Positions 1 to 9,559 of a stretch of DNA of 64,000 nt are shown here, piece by piece. Position 1 is the stretch's first letter. Each line of letters begins with the position of its first letter. The DNA comes from Promethearchaeia archaeon. GTDB lineage: Archaea > Asgardarchaeota > Lokiarchaeia > Sigyniarchaeales > SOKP01. The position numbers were made by a program, and so were the translations under genes. Where the stretch lies: NCBI GenBank assembly GCA_036478875.1, contig JAZGEW010000025.1:10132-74131 (forward strand). The letters run 5' to 3'. The notes beneath the pieces were generated by a model, which saw nothing but the letters and a program-made list of their open reading frames with translations, was not told the DNA's origin and did no database searches.

Positions 1-723
1 TATTTGTCTATCATTCAAATTCAACCTTAGGATATAACCTAAGCCGAAATAAAATTGATTTTCAGGAATTGAATCTATAGGAGATCTACTCGTGACTTCT
101 TTTAATACATCAAATAATAAAGCTTTTGAAGCAATATGGTCCTCAACATTAAAAACCAAATAATAGAGTGCGTGATACCAAATCTTATCGCGTTTATTCT
201 TAACATAATCTAAAAACTTCTCTGGTGTGATGATTTCCTTTACTTCAAGCTCTTTTCTTTTTAAGAGTTCTTGTTTAATCCTTTCCTCCAATTCCTTAGG
301 AATTCCATGAGTAGATTCAATTTTACTTACTTCTCCAGATACTACCTCAACTTCTTCGTGCTTTACTGTTTCAATAGCTTCTTGCATTTCTCTTAATTCA
401 TCAAAATCAATTTCGTCCATATCGGAAAAATCCGAAATCATTGCTTCTTTAAATTCTTGCTCTTCTTTGATCTCATCAATAATTACTGCTTCTTCAGATA
501 TGTCTTCACTAATTATCTCATCTTCAGATAATTCTTCACCTTCCTTGACTTTCTCAATTGCATCTTGTATTTCTTGAAGCTCTTCCATGTCCAAATCTTC
601 TAAATCAGAGAAGTCACTTTCAAGAGCTTTCATATCTCTAAGATAAGTTTCTAAATCATCATCTTTTTCTTCAATTTCTTCAGTGTCTTGTTTTTCAAAT
701 TCTTTTTCTTGATTTTCGTTCAT
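1..723 (-). CDS. Hypothetical protein with long acidic N-terminal region containing an internal repeat (partial; runs off window start)
   Basis: Manual translation from ATG at 723 (MNENQEKEFEKQDTEE...) stays open to base 1. It is absent from the ORF track because no stop lies in the window. Confidence 0.8.
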   Translation of the reverse strand, partial: MNENQEKEFEKQDTEEIEEKDDDLETYLRDMKALESDFSDLEDLDMEELQEIQDAIEKVKEGEELSEDEIISEDISEEAVIIDEIKEEQEFKEAMISDFSDMDEIDFDELREMQEAIETVKHEEVEVVSGEVSKIESTHGIPKELEERIKQELLKRKELEVKEIITPEKFLDYVKNKRDKIWYHALYYLVFNVEDHIASKALLFDVLKEVTSRSPIDSIPENQFYFGLGYILRLNLNDRQI

Positions 724-826
724 TTTTATTTATATAAGGTTTTTGATTTTAATTTTTGATAATTGTATAATTAAATTATTTATAATCGTATAATTAAAAT
801 TGTTCTATATATTAATAGACTTTAGT

Positions 827-1537
827 ATGGAAAAAATTAACTTAGGAAATTTTAAAGGAATAATCTTCGATATGGATGGTGTGATTTATGATATTTCTGA
901 AGCAATTAAGAAAGCTGTTGATGATTCAGTAGAGAAATATGATATGAACGTCAACCCAGATGAAGTAATGGAAGAAATAGCCCATTTGATTGAAGAAATC
1001 CAAAATTATCCCATACCTAAAATTCTGTTAAATTCATACGATTTGTTAAAAGTGAAATTTTTAGAAGGAATTAGTTTCTTTAAGAAGCTACGAATCGCAA
1101 TCTTTATGTTTAACCAATTTAATAAATATAAAGAAGCTGAATCAACGATATTTAAAGGTATTGATGATTTAATTTCAAATTTGGCTAAAAATGTGAAGCT
1201 AGCTATTTTAACAAATAATAAAAGCCAATATGCAGAAGAAGTTCTAGAGAAATTCAATCTTTCTAATTATTTTAGTACTATAGTTGGTTTTAACGATGTT
1301 TCAGAAGTTAAACCTAATCCTGAAGGTATTCTTAAAATACTTGATAAATGGAATCTTAAACCTGAAGATGCGATTTTTATTGGAGATATGACAACTGATA
1401 TCGAAGCAGGTAAGGCTGCAAATGTTACAATGATTTGTGTCGCAAGTGGACTTGCTCAAAAAGAAACTTTAAAGAACCATCAGCCAAATATCTTGGTAGA
1501 TAATACTGAGCAATTAATTAAGCTCTTCAATTTTTAA
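827..1537 (+). CDS. HAD-superfamily hydrolase (phosphoglycolate phosphatase-like)
   Basis: Motifs FDMDGVI, LTN, KPNP and IGDMTTD. ATG at 827 is preferred over the TTG at 800. Confidence 0.9.
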   Translation: MEKINLGNFKGIIFDMDGVIYDISEAIKKAVDDSVEKYDMNVNPDEVMEEIAHLIEEIQNYPIPKILLNSYDLLKVKFLEGISFFKKLRIAIFMFNQFNKYKEAESTIFKGIDDLISNLAKNVKLAILTNNKSQYAEEVLEKFNLSNYFSTIVGFNDVSEVKPNPEGILKILDKWNLKPEDAIFIGDMTTDIEAGKAANVTMICVASGLAQKETLKNHQPNILVDNTEQLIKLFNF

Positions 1538-1713
1538 TTAAGAAATATAAAAGAATTGAAGAATTTTTTTATTGAACTTCTTTTAAATAATAATATGAAA
1601 TCATAAAGTAGAATCCTAATAGATTGTACTTTTATTATTGTTTTAGCAAGGCTTAAAAAATCTAATTTATACTATAAGGAAAACAAATAAATAAAAAAAT
1701 ATATGTCTAAACG

Positions 1714-2268
1714 ATGAGTGAAAAAGCTTTTGGGTTTAAAATAACGGTGGTTGGGGATAGGGCAGTCGGAAAAACATCATTAATTAAAAGATATACAATA
1801 AATACGTTTGAAAAAGATTATATTTCTACTTTAGGCATGCAATTTTCGAAATATGAAGAAATAGTAAATAATAAAATGGTTGAATTATTCTTATGGGATT
1901 TAGCTGGTCAAGAATCATTCAGCACCCTACGTGATAGATTTTATAAAGGAAGTAGCGGTGCTATTATTGTTTTTTCTCTTGCTCCTGAAGAAATTGAAAC
2001 ATATCGTCATATTGATAAATGGAGATCAAATATCAAAGAAGGCTGTGGGAGTGTTCCTATATTATTATTTGGAAATAAAGCTGATTTAGTTGATCAAAAT
2101 GCAATAGCCACTAGCCCACATTATGAAACATCAGATGTTCATGTTAAGAAATTCGCTCAAGATCATAATATTATGGGATATTTTAAAACAAGTGCTTTAA
2201 CAGGGCAAAGTGTTTCTATTGCTTTTAAAAAACTCGTTGATAAGCTATATCAACGAGCCACTATATGA
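1714..2268 (+). CDS. Rab-like small GTPase
   Basis: G1 GDRAVGKT, G3 WDLAGQE, G4 NKAD, G5 TSA. Confidence 0.92.
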   Translation: MSEKAFGFKITVVGDRAVGKTSLIKRYTINTFEKDYISTLGMQFSKYEEIVNNKMVELFLWDLAGQESFSTLRDRFYKGSSGAIIVFSLAPEEIETYRHIDKWRSNIKEGCGSVPILLFGNKADLVDQNAIATSPHYETSDVHVKKFAQDHNIMGYFKTSALTGQSVSIAFKKLVDKLYQRATI

Positions 2269-2451
2269 ATCTCTTTGTTTATCCTGCTTTAAGTGTCTTT
2301 TTTAAAATATAGAGATAATATAAGTCTTTTAATTTTAGATATTCGATTTGATTATTAAATTTCAATGAGAAATTGTTATGTAAAAATTTAAAATATCTAA
2401 CTTTTACTATTTAAGTAAGGGATATTGTCTTTTGAAGGTTGATTTAAAAGA

Positions 2452-3024
2452 ATGAGTGATGAAGAAATTGGATACGGGTTTAAAGTGGTGATTATCGGAG
2501 ACGGTGCAGTAGGGAAAACGTCATTAATTAAAAAATATACACAAGGAGCCTTTCAAGAACAATATATTGCAACTTTAGGGACACAATTTTCTAAATATGA
2601 AGAAGAAATTGATGGAGAGAAAGTTGAATTGTTTCTTTGGGATATTGCCGGACAAGATCGATTTCAAGCACTACGTCAAAGATTTTATATAGGGAGCAGT
2701 GGCGCGATAATCGTTTTTTCTCATGCTCCAGAACAAGGACAATCATATGATCATGTTACCAGATGGCTTGATGATCTTAAAAAACATTGTGGAAATATAC
2801 CATTAATTTTATTTGGAAACAAAGTTGATTTAGTTGATGAGACAACATTAGGGTCAAATCCGAGCTTACCGACTGCTGACGCTAATGTGGAACAATTTGC
2901 TAAAGAAAACAGATTTGTTGGGTATTATAAAACGAGTGCATTAACAGGCGATGGAGTAACGGATGCTTTTAAAGTACTTGTTAAAAAACTATATATGATT
3001 GCTAAAATATCAAGTTTCTCTTAA
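2452..3024 (+). CDS. Rab-like small GTPase (tandem paralog of 1714..2268)
   Basis: G1 GDGAVGKT, G3 WDIAGQD, G4 NKVD, G5 TSA. Strong visible similarity to the upstream gene. Confidence 0.93.
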   Translation: MSDEEIGYGFKVVIIGDGAVGKTSLIKKYTQGAFQEQYIATLGTQFSKYEEEIDGEKVELFLWDIAGQDRFQALRQRFYIGSSGAIIVFSHAPEQGQSYDHVTRWLDDLKKHCGNIPLILFGNKVDLVDETTLGSNPSLPTADANVEQFAKENRFVGYYKTSALTGDGVTDAFKVLVKKLYMIAKISSFS

Positions 3025-3175
3025 ACTTAGCTCATTATCTTATCATTATTGTTACTGGTTTTTTACTTGATTTATATTATTTCTTTCTTTTTTAACTTTT
3101 AAAAATCATCATTAATATTCATATAACATGCTTATTAATATGAGATAATGTAATTTTAAAAATTAGGTAAATAGA

Positions 3176-3547
3176 ATGATGCTAGATATAACTCTAAATT
3201 CTTTATATATTTGTGTCAAGAATATGGACCGTGCTATCAAATTTTATGAAAATTTTTTTGAACAACCCATTTTTAAAAAGGATAAAATTTTCAGCATTTT
3301 TGATATAAAAGGTTTTAGATTTTGCCTCTTTAATAATAGTGAAGTGAATGAAAATGTTACTTGGGGAGATAATTGTTTGCCAAGCTTTGAAGTTAATGAT
3401 ATAAATAAATTAATTGAAAAGCTCAAGATATTAGAAAGAGAAATAGTATTTCCTCTAACAAAAATATTTGATAAATGGGTTTTAGAATTTAAAGATACTG
3501 AAGGTAATGATATAGAAGTTTATAGCAAAATAAATAATATAATATAA
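3176..3547 (+). CDS. VOC/glyoxalase family protein
   Basis: V-x-NMDRAIKFYE N-terminus and FKDTEGNDIE C-terminus. Confidence 0.85.
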   Translation: MMLDITLNSLYICVKNMDRAIKFYENFFEQPIFKKDKIFSIFDIKGFRFCLFNNSEVNENVTWGDNCLPSFEVNDINKLIEKLKILEREIVFPLTKIFDKWVLEFKDTEGNDIEVYSKINNII

Positions 3548-3570
3548 GAAAATTAAGATAAAAAATGATT

Positions 3571-5853
3571 TTAGGTCCGTTTGTAAATAAACCGCTCCCA
3601 ACTTTTTCTGGAAGGCATTTCTTCAGGCATTCCCTTTCTTCTACGAATCTCCATAATGAGATCTTCTTCTAAAGAGCCAGGAACTTTTTCAAATCCTAAA
3701 AATTCATATCCAAAGAAAGCTCTTCCCTGTGTTGAGCCTCTAATATCATCAGCAATGCCGATAGTCTCTGCCGCAGGGATTTGACCTTGAATTCTGACAT
3801 ACTCACCCTCTGGAACAACATTGGTAATTCGACCACGTCGCTTTGTTATGATAGCAGTGACACTTCCTTCAGTTCCTTGTGGTGACTTTATGTCTATTTT
3901 CTGGACTGGTTCGAAGATATGTGGATTTGCGTCTAGCATGGCTAATGACATAGCAGAAAACGCCATTCCCGCAATCTGTCCATAAGATGTGTGTCTGGTA
4001 TCCTCGTGAATAGTCATATCCGTAAAAATTACTTTAATTCCAGTAGCAGGTTCCTTTGCTATAATACAATTACCTAGCCAATCTCTAAAAGCTGCACTCA
4101 AATAAGATTTAACACGATCAAATCTCTGTAATCCCGAAGTACCATTTACAAGAGCACTTCCTTGATATACATCAACAATACGTTTGGCTTCTTTTGCATC
4201 CCATCCAGCTTCTTCTCTAAGTATTTTAGCTCGATCTTTATCATTTTGTAAATCATTAACTTTCCCGGTTTCGATCAGATGTTCAGTTATTTCATCCAAA
4301 GGTTCTATGTATAATAAAATACGATTATGCGAGTTTGCTGATTTGGTATAATAAGTTGGACTTTTTTCAGTAATTTTTTCTCTATAAACGATTATTGGTT
4401 CTCCGATATTAATATTAACTTGTTTATTTATCCTTTTTACTAAAATCTCGATCTGTAATGGATCGATTCCTGATAGAATAAATTCTCCTGATTCTTCATC
4501 CCTTCTATATTCTGCTGTTGGATCTGCTTTAAGCCATTTGCTTACAACATCATCTAATTTATCAATTTCATGCGGATCTTTTGGTTTAATGCTTCTAGAG
4601 ACAACAGCTTCACATGCATAATGAATTTTTTCGAAAGAGGGTAATCTCTTCCTTTCTTCTCTATCTTTAGGTACGGCATTGGTCGACATAAAAGTCTCTC
4701 CAGAAGGGCAAATAAAACCAAATATTGCAAATAAATTACCTGCAGGGATCTTAGGAATGTCTAAAATGTCCGTAATTTCCATAACACCTAATCTTTTCAC
4801 TCGATTGCTCGAATCACTATTTACTAGATAAATTGAATCAGTTTGATTAAACGTACCCGAAAAAACACGACCTATAAGAGTTGGTTGAAAATTCCTCTTA
4901 GGATCAAGGAATATCTTGGTAATCATCCCGTACAGTGGCCCGTTTGGGTCACTCTTCTGTAGAGCTTTACCTAATTCGGAATTTAGGTCACCTCCCCATA
5001 TATGAGGGATTCTATATTTGGAAGCTGCAATAGGATCTGGAAGATGGTCTACAATCATTCTTAACATAGGCTCATCCAAAGGTAAATTATCTCTTAACCA
5101 CTGGATATCTCCTTCATTATATTTCTCAAAAACATCTTGAGGTTTCATACCTTTTTCAAGTAAAATTTCATAAGTAAAACCCCATCCATGTTTAGCTGAG
5201 CCAACCGCAACGGAATTTTTAGCAAAATCAATACTCCAATTTGATCCTTCAGGTCTTACTTTTTTAATTAAATCATTAATTTCTCTTGTGATTTTATCGA
5301 TTTTCTCAAAAGTTTCTTGAGGACTTAGTTTTAATTCACTTATCAATCTGTCAACCTTGTTAATATAAAGAACGGGTTTGCAGTATTCTTCACCAACAGA
5401 CAATCTAATATTAGTTTCTGTTTGTGTCATAACTCCTTCAAGAGCGTCTACTAAGATTATAGCACCATCTGAACCTCTGAGGGCTCGAGATACTTCCCCT
5501 GTAAAACTGATATGACCGGGAGTATCATTAAGTTGGATAATATAAGGTTCTTCGTCATCAGGTTTTCTCGAATCATTAAATGCCAGGAGTACTACAGAAG
5601 TAAAAATTGTGATGCCTCGCTCTTGCTCCTCGTCTTTCAGTAAACTAAGTATGTCTTAATTTATATCTGAATCGGTCATTTGGAGCTGTCCAGCGTCTTC
5701 AGGTCTCATAAGCCCAGCTCTGCGTAGCAAGTAGTCGGTGGCTGTTGTTTTGCCATGATCTATGTGAGCGGTGATTGAAAAGATTCTTTTCTTCTCATAT
5801 GAGCCAGAAGTAACGAGTGCGCTGATTTCATCAGGATTCTTTACTTTAACCAT
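3571..5853 (-). CDS. fusA: Translation elongation factor EF-2 family protein, two exons (5853..5665 + 5634..3571), 750 aa after splicing
   Basis: AHIDHGKTT lies in ORF 5656..5853. The same frame resumes after a 30-nt insert with DEEQERGITIF...NDTPGHISF...DALEGVMTQTET and joins ORF 3571..5430, which has NKVD and EF-2 domains II-V. May be the Asgard aEF-2 paralog. Confidence 0.92.
5635..5664 (-). other. Putative 30-nt bulge-helix-bulge mRNA intron in EF-2
   Basis: mRNA reads UCAG-AU^A-UAAAUUAAG-ACAUA-CUUAGUUUA-CUGA-AA^G: 4-bp central helix UCAG/CUGA, two 3-nt bulges and a 9-bp hairpin. Contains in-frame UAA. Removal gives TDSD|DEEQERGITI. Confidence 0.88.
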
Positions 5854-6021
5854 AATTTGTTCACAATGACTTTATATATTTATAACTAAGAAAGAAAAAG
5901 TATGAAGTCATAAAAATTTTATGAATTTCAGCTATAAATCACTAATCTATACCATTTTACGATAAGTACAAATTTATAATATCTAACTCTACTAAGATCT
6001 TATCTATTAAAATTAAGACGG

Positions 6022-7365
6022 ATGAAGGTTTTTTTTTTGAGTAATTATTTTGTATTGCATCTATCAACAACCATTGTAATTATCCTTGCTACATTAATAT
6101 TTGCTAGTGTATGTTTTAAAAGAAGGGATTTATACTCATGGCTTTTAGCATATATATCAGCTACTTTATCCGAACTCTTTAGGTTATTTTCTCAAGAACA
6201 ATATGATACTTTAGAATTAGTAGCTATTACATTTTCGGCTCTTAGTGTCTTGATATTTATAATTGCTGTGTCTCAAGAGTATTATCGAACTTTTTCGAAA
6301 ACTACTAAGATACAAACGACAGCAATTCTTTTACTATTCAATAGTCAACTAATTGGTACCTTTATACTACAAGCATTAATTGCACTTTTTCTATTCATAG
6401 CATTGTTCTTGAGTATAAGAATTTATTTTAAAAAAAGAACACCAACACATGCATTCATGAGTTTTATTCTAATTTCAGGATTCCTACAATTAATTGCTAG
6501 CATTCTTAGAGATCAAGGATTCTCCGGAGCTGATGAATTTATGGAATTCTCCAGAATTGTAATGGTTACTGTAATGCTTATAACTGGAGTTGTTGTTATT
6601 ATTGAAGATAAAATTCTTAGATCAGAAAATGAATATCGCTTAGCTTATAGTAGAGCAGAATTCTATAAAGATCTATTTGTTCATGATATTAATAATATTC
6701 TTCAAAATTTACAGTTTTCATTAGAAATTATGTCTCAAAATTTAGAGGGGTATGAAAAAAAAGAGAAATTAGATGAAATGCTAAAGATTGCGAAGTCCCA
6801 AGTAAATCGGGGGGCTGAACTAGGTTTAAATGTAAAAAATCTCTCTGATTTAGAGAGGGGAGCTATTAAAAATGAACCGATAGAAATATATAACGTACTG
6901 GAGCAAATTAGTAATGACATAAAAACAAAATTCTCTGAAGAAGAAATCAAGATTGATATTATTAGTGATCGAGATAAAATATATGTTAATGCGAATATAC
7001 TGTTAGAAGATGTATTCCGAATTATATTAAATAATGCAATAAGATATAATGATAATCCTATAAAAGAAATTTCAATTCAAATTTCTAAGATAGTAAAAGA
7101 TTTCGGCTCTGATATAAAAATAGAATTCATAGATAATGGAGTCGGAATCCCAGATACTATGAAAAAGACTATTTTTCAACCTGCTTATAAGAAGACAAAA
7201 GATTTTAGGAGAATTGGATTAGGATTATTACTTGTAAATGAAGTAATAGGAAGTATTTCCGGGAAAATTTGGGTTGAAGATAAGGTTCAAGGTGATCATA
7301 CACAAGGCAGCAATGTTATTATCTTAATCTCTGAAGCTTCTGGAATTTTAGATATAGAACGGTAA
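6022..7365 (+). CDS. Membrane sensor histidine kinase
   Basis: Multi-TM N-terminus, H-box HDINNILQN, N-box NNAIRY, DNGVGIP and GLGL. Confidence 0.92.
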   Translation: MKVFFLSNYFVLHLSTTIVIILATLIFASVCFKRRDLYSWLLAYISATLSELFRLFSQEQYDTLELVAITFSALSVLIFIIAVSQEYYRTFSKTTKIQTTAILLLFNSQLIGTFILQALIALFLFIALFLSIRIYFKKRTPTHAFMSFILISGFLQLIASILRDQGFSGADEFMEFSRIVMVTVMLITGVVVIIEDKILRSENEYRLAYSRAEFYKDLFVHDINNILQNLQFSLEIMSQNLEGYEKKEKLDEMLKIAKSQVNRGAELGLNVKNLSDLERGAIKNEPIEIYNVLEQISNDIKTKFSEEEIKIDIISDRDKIYVNANILLEDVFRIILNNAIRYNDNPIKEISIQISKIVKDFGSDIKIEFIDNGVGIPDTMKKTIFQPAYKKTKDFRRIGLGLLLVNEVIGSISGKIWVEDKVQGDHTQGSNVIILISEASGILDIER

Positions 7366-8805
7366 AATAATATTTTTCAATACATTTATGGCTTTTTTTC
7401 CTGAAGAACTTACTGTATGAAATGCGGTTGATATATTAACAACATTAAAATTGTTAGGAATTTTATTCTTAACAAATTCTTTTAAAAAATCAGAGAAATT
7501 ACTAAATTCCCTTATAGTTTCTATCCAGAAATAACCTTCTTTTTCAAAATATTCTGGATTTTTTTTCTTAAAATTAATGGCATGTGTTTCTTCTGTAATT
7601 GGGGGACCTTTACGAATATAGGTTTTTGAGATATTAGGTTTTTCACAAAAAATAGCTAAATTATACTGGTTCTTCTCTTCTTCAAAATATACTTCAAATA
7701 TAATTTTTCCAAATCGTTCAAAATGAGAAAATTCTTTTTCTCCATTAGTTTTAATGCTTTCTCCTAAAGAATATAGTTTATCTCTGTTAATAGTATAATG
7801 GATTTTAACATCAACATTTTGTAATTCAATAATATAAATATTTGAGAGGATGATATCTTCTTTATTTGATAAATTTACCTCTGTAATTGGTCTAATCCTA
7901 AAAAATTCTGGACTTGGTTGTTTTAAGAATTCACTAACTTTTTGATTGCAATATTTATATGCTTTTTCGGATATTGCTGAAGCTACATTCCGATTTTTGT
8001 CAATTGGATCTATGATAATAAGATAATCATTTTGAAAATGGGTAATTTTACTTAATTCCTTTTCATTTCTACCATAATAATCTAGTGGATTCTTATCAAG
8101 TTTATTAAAGTTGTTAAAAAGATTTGTTAAATTTTCAAAATAATAAATTAATAATTCAGCGCTATAACCAATAAATCCAATTTTTCCTATTGCGCTTTTA
8201 TCACCATAACTATAACAAGATTTAAAAAATTGTTTTAAAAGCCTTATATCATTTTTTTGGTCATGATTCAATTCTTTTTTTACAAAGCTCCCATGCCAAG
8301 GAGATCTATCAACCGCAGTAATAGGACCATTCTTTTTAATGAATTCCAAATCTAAGTCAAAATATAAAACGATATCAATCTTTACTTTTATATCATTGAA
8401 AATGTATTCCACTGTAACATATGGATGCTCAGCATATAATAAGCGGGGGTTAATAAAGTCATCTAAAGTCAAACTTGGAAGAATCCAATTATTACATAAT
8501 GTTAAAAAATCTTTTTTAGAATATTTTTTTAATTTACTTTTACTTAAACCTTCATACTTAGGCTTATATTGGCTATAATCTAACCCTATAAAAAGATCGA
8601 TATCAAAATCATTTTTTAATTGCGTTTGTTTGATTCCAGTTGAACCTTGAGGTTCTATTTTTGTATAATCAATTTTTAATTCTTTTGCCTTTCTATCTAA
8701 TAACTCTTGTAATTTTTCAGTTATTTTTTTAATTAAGTCAATTTGTTTTTGAGTTGGAGTTATTTCTTTGAGAATTTCTGCAAAAATATGGTTAAAATTT
8801 GTCAT
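7348..8805 (-). CDS. cca: Class I (archaeal) CCA-adding tRNA nucleotidyltransferase
   Basis: GSTGIKQTQLKNDFDIDLF, YAEHPYV, TAVDRSPWH, GFIGYSAELL and DPIDKNRNVA. Confidence 0.92.
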   Translation of the reverse strand: MTNFNHIFAEILKEITPTQKQIDLIKKITEKLQELLDRKAKELKIDYTKIEPQGSTGIKQTQLKNDFDIDLFIGLDYSQYKPKYEGLSKSKLKKYSKKDFLTLCNNWILPSLTLDDFINPRLLYAEHPYVTVEYIFNDIKVKIDIVLYFDLDLEFIKKNGPITAVDRSPWHGSFVKKELNHDQKNDIRLLKQFFKSCYSYGDKSAIGKIGFIGYSAELLIYYFENLTNLFNNFNKLDKNPLDYYGRNEKELSKITHFQNDYLIIIDPIDKNRNVASAISEKAYKYCNQKVSEFLKQPSPEFFRIRPITEVNLSNKEDIILSNIYIIELQNVDVKIHYTINRDKLYSLGESIKTNGEKEFSHFERFGKIIFEVYFEEEKNQYNLAIFCEKPNISKTYIRKGPPITEETHAINFKKKNPEYFEKEGYFWIETIREFSNFSDFLKEFVKNKIPNNFNVVNISTAFHTVSSSGKKAINVLKNIILPFYI

Positions 8806-9055
8806 CTACAAATCTAGAATAATTTCTGATACTTTGTATTAGTTAATTCGTGAAGATTTAAAATAATATAATAACTTCTAAATAAATTAACCTATAATAA
8901 CCTAAAAATTTTTTCTAACTTAATTATTTGAATATTAAAGTATAAATTAACATGATATTCTTGATACATATGCAAGAGCAAAAAATAGGAAGTAGACATG
9001 TCGGGAAAAGATTAAAAAAGAAGAAGCTTTTTTTTAATAACACTTCATTGTCCCT

Positions 9056-9427
9056 TTATTTTGTATTAAAGCACCTTACAAACTCAGAATATTGATGGAT
9101 ATATTTTGCTTTTTTTAATAATACTTCATTGTCCCTATTAACTTTTTCACTTTCATCTATATCAGAAATTAGAATTGTTGAGTTTTTTGAAATTATTTTT
9201 CTTCGTTTCATCCCAGAAATAGGTCTATATCCATGAGAAACTGAAAGAAGGCACAACAGACTTCCGGATGAAGAATTAAGCGTACTTTTATTCTTTAATA
9301 GTAATGGAACTTCAATAACAGCATAACACATTATTCCTATACTGCTATCACTTAAAATATAAGCTCTGACCTTATTTAACCTCTCTATACTTTCTACAAT
9401 ATGCAAGACACCTATTAATACATTCAT
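9056..9427 (-). CDS. Hypothetical protein (doubtful)
   Basis: 123-aa ORF with no recognisable motif. Confidence 0.25.
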   Translation of the reverse strand: MNVLIGVLHIVESIERLNKVRAYILSDSSIGIMCYAVIEVPLLLKNKSTLNSSSGSLLCLLSVSHGYRPISGMKRRKIISKNSTILISDIDESEKVNRDNEVLLKKAKYIHQYSEFVRCFNTK

Positions 9428-9559
9428 AAACCAATTAACTCCACAGATCCCTCCAGTCTAGTAATTTAACATTTGGTAATTTTATGCCTGTTTGTCTTTC
9501 GAATTCATCTCAAACGCTTTTTTTGATATATACCAATCAATATTGCAATCTTTTGATGA

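Noticed and set aside
3571-5853. EF-2 as a pseudogene, or as two separate genes as in the ORF track
   Set aside because: The only lesion is a structured in-frame 30-nt insert; all GTPase motifs and downstream domains are intact.
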